A DNA stretch of 64,000 bases, from positions 124,001-188,000 of IMG/VR virus record IMGVR_UViG_3300028840_006257, one strand, 5' to 3'. Of the stretch, positions 19,847 through 28,713 are shown piece by piece (positions within the stretch are counted from its first letter, which is position 1; every line of letters starts with the position of its first letter). The position numbers and the translations under genes were made by a program. The notes under the pieces were generated by a model. The model made no database searches and was not told the origin of the DNA. It saw nothing but the letters and a program-made list of their open reading frames with translations.

Positions 19847-22800
19847 ATGAGTCAGGATTTTGGCAACGGTGTGAGCCGAACGCTGGACGCGCTCGCGCGC
19901 CAGTTCCAGGCGGTCGTCTTTCAGGAGGGCAAGCCTCCCCTCGACAGTGAGCTCAACCTGGTGCAGCAGGACCAGGTGGAACAGCTCGCCCAGCTCGTGC
20001 GCTCGGAGGCCCACTCGGGCTTCTTCCTCGATCCGACTCGGGCGCTCGACGACTTCGTCACGGACAGGGAGAACAGCAACCTCTTCTTCTTTGGACAGCA
20101 GAAGGAGGACGACGACGGCAACCCCGAGGAGCTCGCGCCCGTAGCTTACGCCAACGTGAACGGCTGGATCATCCCGGTCACCGGGACCGTGCTGACGACG
20201 GAGGGTTCGACCTCCAACGAGGTGCGACTCTACCCGCCGCCTACGTCCGACACGCGCATCGACTTCATCTTCCTCGAGGCGTGGCAGGCCCTGGTCGCTC
20301 CGAACCCGAGCACGATCAACAAGCCCTCCGCGTCGACCCTCTGGAAGTGGGGCAACGTCGAGTTCGGCGCGACGAACGTGACGGACGACATCACGGACCC
20401 TGTCATCGGGCACGAGACGACCGAGCGTCTGCAGCTTCAGTACCGCATTCGGGTCGTGGGCAGCGGCAGCGGGGCCGGGACGAGCCCCAGCCTCGACGTG
20501 TATCCTGACGGCCTCGGTGACCCCAACGTGTTCGCCCAGGGAGTTCAGAGCACCGTCACGAGCTTCACGTTCGAGAACATGCGCGAGGCCCTCGGGGACC
20601 CGTCCCTCTGGCGTGCTGGCGACGGCGACCCGCAGAACGCCCTCGGGACAGTCGACGGCTACTCCTACGCCATCCCCATCTGCGCCGTGTTCCGGCGCAA
20701 CAGCCAACCCTTCGTGGCCGTGAACCAGGCGGGCTCCCCGAACCAGAACGGCGCCTTCGACCGCAATCCGTCTGCCATCTCGCTGCCCGACCCACGCGAC
20801 GGCGCCAAGGTCCTGTCGGTCATGTCCCTGATCGACGACCTGCCGCCGGAGCAGTTCACGGTGGACGCCGTCGTCGAGGTGGACAACGCCATCGGATCCG
20901 GGTGGGACGATCCCGACATGAACCTGACCACGGCCTTCATGGTCATCGGCGACGAAGTGATAGGGATCTCGGCCGTCGACACGACGACGAGCCCCGCCAC
21001 GATCACCATCCCGGCCGGGGGTCGAGGACGCTGGGGGTCCGACATCGTGACGCACACGGGACGCAGCGATCCCGCCGTCGTCGGCAGCGGCACGGTCGTC
21101 GCGTTCTTCAACACGCGTCCGAGCGACGAGGGACCGGTCGCGCCCGGCCCGTACGCCGACGAGATCGCACCCGAGGATTTCCTCGACCTGCGCCGCGGCG
21201 TCAACCTGGGGGACTGGGACTACGGACGCCTGCTCCTCCACAACGTGTCGGCCCTCATGCGGAACCGACTGCGCTCGACCTGGAAGCAGGCCGGGGCGCC
21301 GGGCGGCGACACCGAGGGCGTGACGGTCACCGAGGTCGACTACCTCTTCCAGGACGGAGGGACTGCCGTCCCCTTCGGGACCGAGGCGCTCGACGGCCCG
21401 GACGGGATTCGTCAGGTGTGGTCCGACGCGGCCACGATCCAGGGCGACGTGACTCTCCTGCTCGACCCCGACGGCACGATGAACGCCGGGTTCATCAGCA
21501 CGATGGACGACCTCGTCGAGTGGGACGTGGGCGCGGACTTCAAGCCCGTGGGCTTCATGAACAACGGGAACAACGCGGTTCCGGGTCCGGGTTTCACGAA
21601 CGGAACGACGGTGTTCCTCTACATCGGGGGCGACTCGGGCAACGAGGGTGCCCGCAAGACCTTCCGCGACGGCAGCACCCGGGCCGTGCGGTTCGTTTCT
21701 CCGCGCGAGTACTGGAAGACCCGGTTTCCCGACGAGGGTACCGGCATGCAGAACCCGGTGACGATGCTGTGGGTGAGCTCGGATCAGGCCAACGCCGGGG
21801 TGGCTGGCGAGGGCGGCGGTCTTCAGTCGCTGACTCCCGCGGGACCGGGCGAGACCGCGAACGAGCATCCGGGTCCGATGTACCCGCTCCAGTTCCTCAA
21901 CTTCGAGAGGCCGTTCCTGGTCTGCGGCGGGGTCCTGAACACGGCCTCCGTCGTGACGGGCATCATCTCCGCCACGCAGCTGATCGGGAACTCGCTAGAC
22001 CCGACCATCCCGCTCGGCGAGGGAGAGGTCGTCCTGTCGGGCATCGACTTCGACGTGGCCGGTGACTGGTGGTCCAAGGACGCGAACGGCAACTTCGAGG
22101 ACGATCCGGGCCTCCTCAACTTCCCGGTGATCCGGGGCGAGCGCACGCTCTGGTCGCTGCTCACGAACGGCGGATCCGACGTCACGGGAGCCTCGTCGGA
22201 GGCGTACGCGATCCTCTTCGGAGACGACGAGAAGACGCCGAACAACGGCGCGTTCAAGGTCATCGGAGCCGGGACCACCGTGGCCGGACTGACCACGAGC
22301 CCGGCCTCGGCGTCCAACCGTCTCCGCGTCCGCTTCCTGAGCGAGGGAGTGACCGACTTCGACAACACGAGCAGCAAGACGGTCACCGCTGAGATGCGCA
22401 CCCAGATCACGAATTCCGAGGACGGAGCTGGCCTCGCCAACGGACCCGCGGCCCTGACCGTCACGATGACCGATCTCACGGCCGGCACGGGAGGCGGCTC
22501 GAACCCTTGGTACGTGGAGAACATCAACCCTGGCGCCGCGCCGAACGGCAAGACCCTCCAGCTTCCGTTCGACTACAAGGCGGTCATGAACCTCACGCTC
22601 CTCTACCACCCCGGTCGGGGTGGCATGGCCCGCGTGCCGGACGAGATCCGACGCATCGCCATCCAGAACCCGGTGAGTACGATCCTCCGACAGAGCCGCG
22701 CCGTGCTCGACCCGACGTTCCCGACGGCCACGGGCGCCCCGAGCAATCCGGCCGAGGTGGACTACAACCCGACGCACGTCCAGACGTGGAACCGCCTGCC

Positions 22801-25495
22801 GAGCCTTGGCCTCTCCGCGCCCGACGCTCCGAACTACGGCGGCAACGTGGTCCTGAGCTCGGAGATCGACCGCGAGAACGAGAGCTTCTTCGACCGAGGA
22901 TCCAAGACGCTGCTGTTCCGCCCGTTCCAGCGTCAGTCGATGACCCTCAAGGGATTCACGACGGAGGTGCCCCAGACGCTCCTCGGCCCCTCGAGCTACC
23001 CGAACCCATCCCTCATCCCGAACGGGTGGGACGGCCCGAAGGACGACGCCCAGATCTTCACGACAGGCCTCAAGATGGGTTATCCGGTCCCGCCGCAGTA
23101 CATGCCGCGGTTCGGGCGTTACGACATCCCCTACCGTCAGGACAACGGACCAAACTACGGTGCGGGCACGTTCCTCGAGGGCATCAACCACCTGTTTTGC
23201 GACGAGACGGACCTTAGTAGTCCGACCTTCGACGTAATCGGAGGCGAGGACAACCAGACCGGGGGCACGGAGGTCACGCCCATCTACCTCCAGACGGGCT
23301 CGACCTCGGGCTTCAAGTACGGCCAGTTTGGCACGATCACGGGCACGCTCAAGCCGGGCTACCAGGGGCGGCTGACCACCGAGATCGGGGACGTGTGCTC
23401 CGGCGCGGCCGAGATCACCCAGAAGCTCGCCGAGGTCGTGAGCTCCGACTTCGGCGCGGGGCTCGTCGGCATCCAGCTGCCGCCGTACCTGGGCATCGCG
23501 CGGGTCTACGGGATCTACGACCGCAGGGATTTCGTCGCCAAGGGAGGCGTGACCTACCAGGCCGACCGGGTGACGCCCGAGGCGGCGCCGGCCGTGAACC
23601 TGATGCGCCGCGACCTCGACAGGCAGACGCTGTTCGTCTGCGAGGACGGGGCCTACGACCTGACGGGGGAGCGCGGGGATCACACGTACATCCTCCCGTT
23701 CAACATGATCGACATCACGAAGTCCCCCGACTACGTGGCGGGCGAGCTCCCCGAGGACCTCGAGTACGTCGTGGAGTTCACCTGCTTCGGCTTCGCCCGG
23801 GGCTGGATCAACGAGAACAACTTCGTGATGGCTCGGCGCCACAACGGACAGGGAACGCTCAGGCAGGACAACGACAATCCCGAGCTTGAGGGCGTCCAGA
23901 TGTCCATCCCGAGCGCGCCGCCCGACTCGGCCCGCGCCTACGTGGCGCAGGAGCGGACGGTCTACCAGGGCGACCCGTACATGTCTCGCAACGGCGCGAC
24001 GCGGACGACCTCCGACTACGAGAACCGCTACGGACAGGTGGCGCAGTCGGACGCCTACCAGTTGAACTTCCCGATCCAGCAGTTCGACGCCGACGGGGAG
24101 CAGATTCCGACTCGTCCGAACGCCAGGTCGTTCCAGGTCCTCGCGGCCATGGACTTCTACACGACCATGGGCTGCGGGAACGTCGGGGGCAGGCTGTATC
24201 CGGGAACCGTCACGGACGTCGGGTTCGTGCAGAACCACGACCCCGCCTCCACACGGATCCCGCCCGAGGTGGACACGCCCGCGTGGCGCGTCCTGACGCG
24301 CGGCTTCACGGAGGGGCAGGCCAAGGTCAACACGATCCGCGCCCAGGCCGTGCTCGAGGTGACGGGCAACAACGCGACGTTCGTGTTCCTGTCCTCCGCC
24401 TTCACGGTCAGGAGGCCCGACGGCGTGCTCGTGTCCTTCACGGCCGTCAACGGCCCGACGGTGAATCCGGCCCAGTTCGACGCCAGCTCGCCCGATCCGG
24501 CCGTGATCGCGCGCGAGCTGTTCACCAAGATCAACGCTCGCACGGAGCTGTTGAACACCGTGGTCGCGTTCAACGACATCGACTCGCCGCAGATCGAGGT
24601 CGTGGCATTCGAGGTGGGGGCCGGAGGCGCCGAGGTCACGGTCCTCATCAACGACACCACGAACTTCCTGCTCAAGGTGCCGACCACGGGCGAACAGGGG
24701 CCCAGCGCGCGGCTGACGACTACCCCGCTGATCGGCGGCCGGGACCTGGTCCTGAACGCGGGCGACGGGACGACGCAGCTCGTGCTCAGCGGCATGACGG
24801 AGCGGATGCCCCTGGGCATTCTCCTCCAGGACTCGGACTTCATCGGCGAGAACCCGCTCGACGACAAGGCGAGCGCCGTGCAGACGGAGTTCGGCGGCAT
24901 CCGCCCGGCTCAGATCCTGCTGCCGCTCACGCGGGCGGCGGGCGAGGAGTTCACCCGCTTCTCCGGGGCTCCGGGCGAAGTACTCGCGGCCTCGGACGGC
25001 GGCATCCTTCAGTACACGGCCTACAACTCCGTGACGGCGCCGGGGGGCTCGAGGGCCTTCCGCCTGTTCCGCGGCGGCGGCTCGAGCTTCGTGCTCGGGG
25101 GCCGCAACCCGGGCGGCCCATTGGACTGGTTCGCCGACTCGCTCGCGCCGGCACTCAACCCGGTCCTCAAGGGCGGGATGCTCGCCTGCAAGGCCATCCT
25201 AGTGAGGAACTTCGTGGAGGAGGCGTTCTCCACGGAGGACGTGACGACCGACGGAGACGAGATCCAGATGCTCCTTCTCACCAACGGAGTCTTCGGCGAC
25301 GAAAACACGCCGCGAGAGGGCGTGACGGTCGCTGGCATCGTGGGTCCCACGGGCTTCGGCGAGGGGACGGCTGCCGCCGACCGCTACCGCCTGAACGGCA
25401 AGCCCATGTTCGTGGGTAGGATGCGCGTGACCCCGGACCCGGAGCAGGTCCCGATGGCCCCTTTCCCGGGCCGTGACCAGGTCGACCTCGGATGA
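19847..25495 (+). CDS. Giant virion protein (1882 aa), DUF6519-like N-terminus
   Basis: SRTLDALARQFQAVVFQEGKPPLDSELN start; blocks RIDFIFLEAW, ETTERLQLQYRIR and ALGTVDGYSYAIPI..VFRRN are shared with the 8832 ORF. Confidence 0.6.
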   Translation: MSQDFGNGVSRTLDALARQFQAVVFQEGKPPLDSELNLVQQDQVEQLAQLVRSEAHSGFFLDPTRALDDFVTDRENSNLFFFGQQKEDDDGNPEELAPVAYANVNGWIIPVTGTVLTTEGSTSNEVRLYPPPTSDTRIDFIFLEAWQALVAPNPSTINKPSASTLWKWGNVEFGATNVTDDITDPVIGHETTERLQLQYRIRVVGSGSGAGTSPSLDVYPDGLGDPNVFAQGVQSTVTSFTFENMREALGDPSLWRAGDGDPQNALGTVDGYSYAIPICAVFRRNSQPFVAVNQAGSPNQNGAFDRNPSAISLPDPRDGAKVLSVMSLIDDLPPEQFTVDAVVEVDNAIGSGWDDPDMNLTTAFMVIGDEVIGISAVDTTTSPATITIPAGGRGRWGSDIVTHTGRSDPAVVGSGTVVAFFNTRPSDEGPVAPGPYADEIAPEDFLDLRRGVNLGDWDYGRLLLHNVSALMRNRLRSTWKQAGAPGGDTEGVTVTEVDYLFQDGGTAVPFGTEALDGPDGIRQVWSDAATIQGDVTLLLDPDGTMNAGFISTMDDLVEWDVGADFKPVGFMNNGNNAVPGPGFTNGTTVFLYIGGDSGNEGARKTFRDGSTRAVRFVSPREYWKTRFPDEGTGMQNPVTMLWVSSDQANAGVAGEGGGLQSLTPAGPGETANEHPGPMYPLQFLNFERPFLVCGGVLNTASVVTGIISATQLIGNSLDPTIPLGEGEVVLSGIDFDVAGDWWSKDANGNFEDDPGLLNFPVIRGERTLWSLLTNGGSDVTGASSEAYAILFGDDEKTPNNGAFKVIGAGTTVAGLTTSPASASNRLRVRFLSEGVTDFDNTSSKTVTAEMRTQITNSEDGAGLANGPAALTVTMTDLTAGTGGGSNPWYVENINPGAAPNGKTLQLPFDYKAVMNLTLLYHPGRGGMARVPDEIRRIAIQNPVSTILRQSRAVLDPTFPTATGAPSNPAEVDYNPTHVQTWNRLPSLGLSAPDAPNYGGNVVLSSEIDRENESFFDRGSKTLLFRPFQRQSMTLKGFTTEVPQTLLGPSSYPNPSLIPNGWDGPKDDAQIFTTGLKMGYPVPPQYMPRFGRYDIPYRQDNGPNYGAGTFLEGINHLFCDETDLSSPTFDVIGGEDNQTGGTEVTPIYLQTGSTSGFKYGQFGTITGTLKPGYQGRLTTEIGDVCSGAAEITQKLAEVVSSDFGAGLVGIQLPPYLGIARVYGIYDRRDFVAKGGVTYQADRVTPEAAPAVNLMRRDLDRQTLFVCEDGAYDLTGERGDHTYILPFNMIDITKSPDYVAGELPEDLEYVVEFTCFGFARGWINENNFVMARRHNGQGTLRQDNDNPELEGVQMSIPSAPPDSARAYVAQERTVYQGDPYMSRNGATRTTSDYENRYGQVAQSDAYQLNFPIQQFDADGEQIPTRPNARSFQVLAAMDFYTTMGCGNVGGRLYPGTVTDVGFVQNHDPASTRIPPEVDTPAWRVLTRGFTEGQAKVNTIRAQAVLEVTGNNATFVFLSSAFTVRRPDGVLVSFTAVNGPTVNPAQFDASSPDPAVIARELFTKINARTELLNTVVAFNDIDSPQIEVVAFEVGAGGAEVTVLINDTTNFLLKVPTTGEQGPSARLTTTPLIGGRDLVLNAGDGTTQLVLSGMTERMPLGILLQDSDFIGENPLDDKASAVQTEFGGIRPAQILLPLTRAAGEEFTRFSGAPGEVLAASDGGILQYTAYNSVTAPGGSRAFRLFRGGGSSFVLGGRNPGGPLDWFADSLAPALNPVLKGGMLACKAILVRNFVEEAFSTEDVTTDGDEIQMLLLTNGVFGDENTPREGVTVAGIVGPTGFGEGTAAADRYRLNGKPMFVGRMRVTPDPEQVPMAPFPGRDQVDLG

Positions 25496-25881
25496 GACAC
25501 CTCTCACAGCAGATGCTCGCGGAGACGCTCCGGCGTCCTCACCTGAGGAAGCACCGCAGGCGTCTCCAGGAGTCTCTCCAGAACATGCACCTGAGCCCGG
25601 GGACGCGGAGGCGCCTCCTCGGCGAGCTCGCGAGACTCGGACAGCCGAAGATCTACCGCGCCGAGGCGACGCCCCCTCCCGGGGCGCTCGATCCGGGTCC
25701 CATGCCCCGCCCCGACATCGAACTCGACCTCGAGACGGCCACGGTCGAGTCCCTCTCCGCGACGCCGCACACGCGGCTCTACCTCTACGCGCGCCAGCAA
25801 GGTCTCGAGGTGAACCCGGCCGACACGAAGGTCCAGACGATAGGCAAGATCCTGGACGCCATCCAAGGAGGAGACAGATGA
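25492..25881 (+). CDS. Small protein with possible C-terminal Rho-N/HeH-like helix-extension-helix motif
   Basis: LYLYARQQGLEV...TKVQTIGKIL pattern; ATGA overlap with the upstream gene. Confidence 0.4.
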   Translation: MRHLSQQMLAETLRRPHLRKHRRRLQESLQNMHLSPGTRRRLLGELARLGQPKIYRAEATPPPGALDPGPMPRPDIELDLETATVESLSATPHTRLYLYARQQGLEVNPADTKVQTIGKILDAIQGGDR

Positions 25882-26537
25882 GGAAGCACTTCGCTCTGCT
25901 GCTGACATTCCTGGCAGCACTCGCAATCACGAGTCCGGTCTACGCCGGGCCGACCGAGGAGGCCAAGGCCGAAAACACGAAGGCGGAGGACACGAAGGCG
26001 GAGGAGGCCAAGACGGAAAAGACCAAGGCCGACGAGGCCGAGGCAGAGGACACCGAGGCGAAGGAGTCCCCGGACGCGGAGGGGGATGCCGAAGCGGACG
26101 GACCCGCGAAGATTGAGGACGACGACGAGGCGGTCGCCGCCGTGAAGCAGCTCATCGACGCGGCCAAGAACGGGCACTGGAGCCTGGTCGTCGCGCTCGG
26201 CATCATGCTCCTCGTCTATGTGATTCACAGGTTCGGCCTCGCCGCCAAACTCGGCAAGAAGGCAGTTCCGTGGATCGCGGCCGCCACGGGCGTCCTTGGC
26301 TACGTCGCGGCCGCGCTCCTGGTCGAGGGCGCAACCATTCCGAACGCGCTGACCGGTGGACTGTTGACGGGAGCCGCGGCGGTCGGTCTGTGGGAGATGC
26401 TTTTCAAGCATTTCATGGCGGCGAAGAAGGAGCCCGAGAAGGAGCCCGAGAAGGAGCCCGAGAAGGAGCCCGAGAAGGAGCCCGAGAAGGAAACCGGGGG
26501 GGACGGCGGCGACGCCGAGGGTGGCGACGGCGACTAG
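25878..26537 (+). CDS. Holin-like membrane protein with signal peptide
   Basis: Start refined to ATG 25878 (SD AAGGAGG). Signal-like MRKHFALLLTFLAALAITSPVYA, an acidic linker, three hydrophobic helices (HWSLVVALGIMLLVYV; PWIAAATGVLGYVAAALLV; ALTGGLLTGAAAVGLWEML) and a charged C-tail. Confidence 0.55.
   Translation: MRKHFALLLTFLAALAITSPVYAGPTEEAKAENTKAEDTKAEEAKTEKTKADEAEAEDTEAKESPDAEGDAEADGPAKIEDDDEAVAAVKQLIDAAKNGHWSLVVALGIMLLVYVIHRFGLAAKLGKKAVPWIAAATGVLGYVAAALLVEGATIPNALTGGLLTGAAAVGLWEMLFKHFMAAKKEPEKEPEKEPEKEPEKEPEKETGGDGGDAEGGDGD
26427..26486 (+). repeat. Perfect 12-bp tandem repeat AAGGAGCCCGAG x5 (encodes KEPE x5)
   Basis: Read directly from the sequence. Confidence 0.95.
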
Positions 26538-26558
26538 CGGCGTTGCGCGCTGGATGCG

Positions 26559-26588
26559 CAGGCCCGGCCTCGGTCGGGCCTGTTTTTT
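26559..26588 (+). terminator. Rho-independent terminator ending the structural/holin operon
   Basis: CAGGCCCG...CGGGCCTG stem followed by T6. Confidence 0.85.
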
Positions 26589-26617
26589 GCTCCGAAAAGC
26601 CACTTTCGGGACGTTTC

Positions 26618-26646
26618 TGTAAAAACCGCACGTCTTCCGTGCAGAG
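26618..26646 (+). promoter_or_regulatory. 29-bp motif TGTAAAAAC-NN-CACG-N5-CGTG-CAGAG, copy 1
   Basis: 22 of 29 bases identical to the copy at 44379-44407; ends 3 nt before ATG 26650. Confidence 0.6.
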
Positions 26647-26649
26647 GGC

Positions 26650-26985
26650 ATGACGATCATGCTGACAGCCAAGGGCCTGTTCTTCGGGGTGCTGACCGCG
26701 GGCGCGCCCGCGCCGAGCACGGCCCCGACCGCGGTAGGATCTTCGACAGTGACGGAGAAGACGGTCACCATCCTGTACGCGGAGAGCCTGCTCCCCAAGG
26801 AGCGACGCGACCACATCGCCGGGTTGCTCAGGGTGAACTTCGAGATCACGGAGACGAAGTACCTGGTCTCGGACTCGAAGGACGCCGACGTCGTGGTCAT
26901 CGAGGTCTCGGAGGGCGTCGACCGTGCCGCCGTGGCCGAGATGGTCGACTGGTACGCCTTCGAGTACGACCCGTGCCCTGACTAG
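26650..26985 (+). CDS. Hypothetical protein (111 aa)
   Basis: ORF directly after the conserved motif; no SD; no recognisable domain. Confidence 0.55.
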   Translation: MTIMLTAKGLFFGVLTAGAPAPSTAPTAVGSSTVTEKTVTILYAESLLPKERRDHIAGLLRVNFEITETKYLVSDSKDADVVVIEVSEGVDRAAVAEMVDWYAFEYDPCPD

Positions 26986-27039
26986 ACGCGCGCGAGTAGA
27001 ATGGGGGATCGAACTCGTTCCCCCGCTTGCGCTGTGAAG

Positions 27040-28713
27040 ATGCCCAGGACACCCGTGGAGGTCGCGACGGGAAACGACCTGCGCCGGAGGATGCTCGACG
27101 GAGTCGCGGAGATGGTCCGGGCGGTCGCGGCGACTTACGGCCCGTGCGGCCGTACGGTGATGCTCGACCGTCCCGGTGGCCTCCTCTCCACGAAGGACGG
27201 GGCGACCGTGGCGTGGGAGATCGAGCCCGCCGACCCGGCGCGGCGCCTCGGGACCCGCGTCGTGCAGGAGGCGTGTGCCGAGGTTGACCGTGCCTGCGGA
27301 GACGGCACGACGACGACGGCCATCCTCGTTCATGCCATCCTCGAGGAGAGCTTCCGGTGGGTGGCTGCGGGCGCGCATCCGGTCCTCCTCGCGAACGACC
27401 TCCGGGTGCTGGCCGAGAACATGGTGAGGTGCGACCTCTTCGACGTCGCGTGTCCCGAGCCCGTGGAGGACGAGGCCCAGATGCGGGAGATCGCTCTCGC
27501 GGCCTGCGACGCGGACGCGGAGCTGGCCGACGCGGTCGTTGACGCCCTCGGTCGAGCGGGCTCCGAGGGCATGGTGATCATCGAGCAGGGAAGGGGGCGT
27601 GGAGTCGAGGTCGAGCACAGGCGCGGCACGGAGCTCGACCGGGGATGGGAGAGCAGCGACCTAGCTGGCCCCGACGGATCCCCCAGGCTCCTCGAGGTCC
27701 CCCTCGTCGCTCTGGTCGACGGCGTGCTCGACTCGCTCGAAGACGTCCGCACGCTGCTTGAGGAGGCGACCCAGTTTCCCCACCCCCTCCTCATCGCGTC
27801 GCGCGGGTGCTTCGGGCCGGCACTCCAGACCGTCGTGACGAATGATCGCAGGTTGATGCGCTCGGACGGGGGGACGTTCGAGGTCGTCGCCGTCAGGATT
27901 CCCGGACACGAGGGGGGCGCGCGTGACCTCCTCGAGGACGTCGCGGCGCTGGCGGGCGCGACCGTGGTCGACCCGAGCGTGACCTCGCCGGGCGCGTTCC
28001 GGTCGGAGATGTTCGGCTCGGTCCAGACGGCCACCGTGCGGGCCGAGAGCACCACGCTGATTGCCTTCGAGGACAGGTTCCCGCTGATCGAAGCGCGCGT
28101 CGAGCAGCTGCGTCGCGCCGAAGGCGAGGCGGTGCACACTCATGACGCCGAGGAGATCCGCACCAGGATCGCGAAAATCACGGACGGGCTCTGCGTGATG
28201 AGAGTGGGAGGATCGACCGACGCGGAGATTCGTGAAAAGAGAGGACGAGTCGAGGACGCGCTGAGCGCCGTGCGTCTCGCGGTCGAGCGCGGCGTCGTTC
28301 CGGGCGCCGGAGTCGCGTACCTGGCGCTGGGCGAGTTCTTCGCGGGGGCGCTTCGGTTGTCGGAGACGACGGCAGCGCATGGACGCCCTGACCTGAGCGT
28401 GGCGGGTCTCGGGGCGAAGGTGCTCGCCAGGGCGCTCAGGGAACCCCTCAGGAGGCTGGCCCGAAACGCGGGTCACGAACCCTCGGTCGTCGAGCGACGC
28501 GTCCTGAGGGCGTCTGAGGAGCCTGGGATGTCTCCGTGTCCCTCCTGGGAGGCGGGATGGGACGCGACGACCGACGAGATCCGAGATTTGCGCCGCGCAC
28601 CGGCTCTCCGAGACCCTCTCGGCGTGGTCGAGTGCGCCGTGCTCACCGCGATCTCCGCCGCCTCGACGCTGCTCACGGCGGAGGTCGCGCTCACCCGGAA
28701 GGAACGATCATGA
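27040..28713 (+). CDS. groEL: Phage-encoded GroEL-like (group I) chaperonin
   Basis: TYGPCGRTVML, TKDGATVA, GDGTTT, GGSTDAEIREKRGRVEDAL, GVVPGAG and DPLGVV all align with GroEL motifs. No GGM tail. Start at 27040 is preferred over 27001 by alignment. Confidence 0.92.
   Translation: MPRTPVEVATGNDLRRRMLDGVAEMVRAVAATYGPCGRTVMLDRPGGLLSTKDGATVAWEIEPADPARRLGTRVVQEACAEVDRACGDGTTTTAILVHAILEESFRWVAAGAHPVLLANDLRVLAENMVRCDLFDVACPEPVEDEAQMREIALAACDADAELADAVVDALGRAGSEGMVIIEQGRGRGVEVEHRRGTELDRGWESSDLAGPDGSPRLLEVPLVALVDGVLDSLEDVRTLLEEATQFPHPLLIASRGCFGPALQTVVTNDRRLMRSDGGTFEVVAVRIPGHEGGARDLLEDVAALAGATVVDPSVTSPGAFRSEMFGSVQTATVRAESTTLIAFEDRFPLIEARVEQLRRAEGEAVHTHDAEEIRTRIAKITDGLCVMRVGGSTDAEIREKRGRVEDALSAVRLAVERGVVPGAGVAYLALGEFFAGALRLSETTAAHGRPDLSVAGLGAKVLARALREPLRRLARNAGHEPSVVERRVLRASEEPGMSPCPSWEAGWDATTDEIRDLRRAPALRDPLGVVECAVLTAISAASTLLTAEVALTRKERS

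Noticed and set aside
15380-21868. Very long antisense ORFs (e.g. 15380-18406, 18875-21868; likewise 48412-50796, 21995-24238)
   Set aside because: Shadow ORFs of GC3-rich sense genes; Arg/Gly/Val-biased, with no motifs.
25473-25877. ORF-track upstream extensions (25473, 8772, 6285, 28536, 54189, 55731, 56141, 58095, 63794)
   Set aside because: They overlap upstream genes in low-complexity frames; downstream starts with an SD or ATGA/GTGA coupling fit better.
27003-27024. GGGGGATCGAACTCGTTCCCCC resembling a reverse tRNA T arm
   Set aside because: No T-stem pairing or cloverleaf; just a leader hairpin upstream of groEL.
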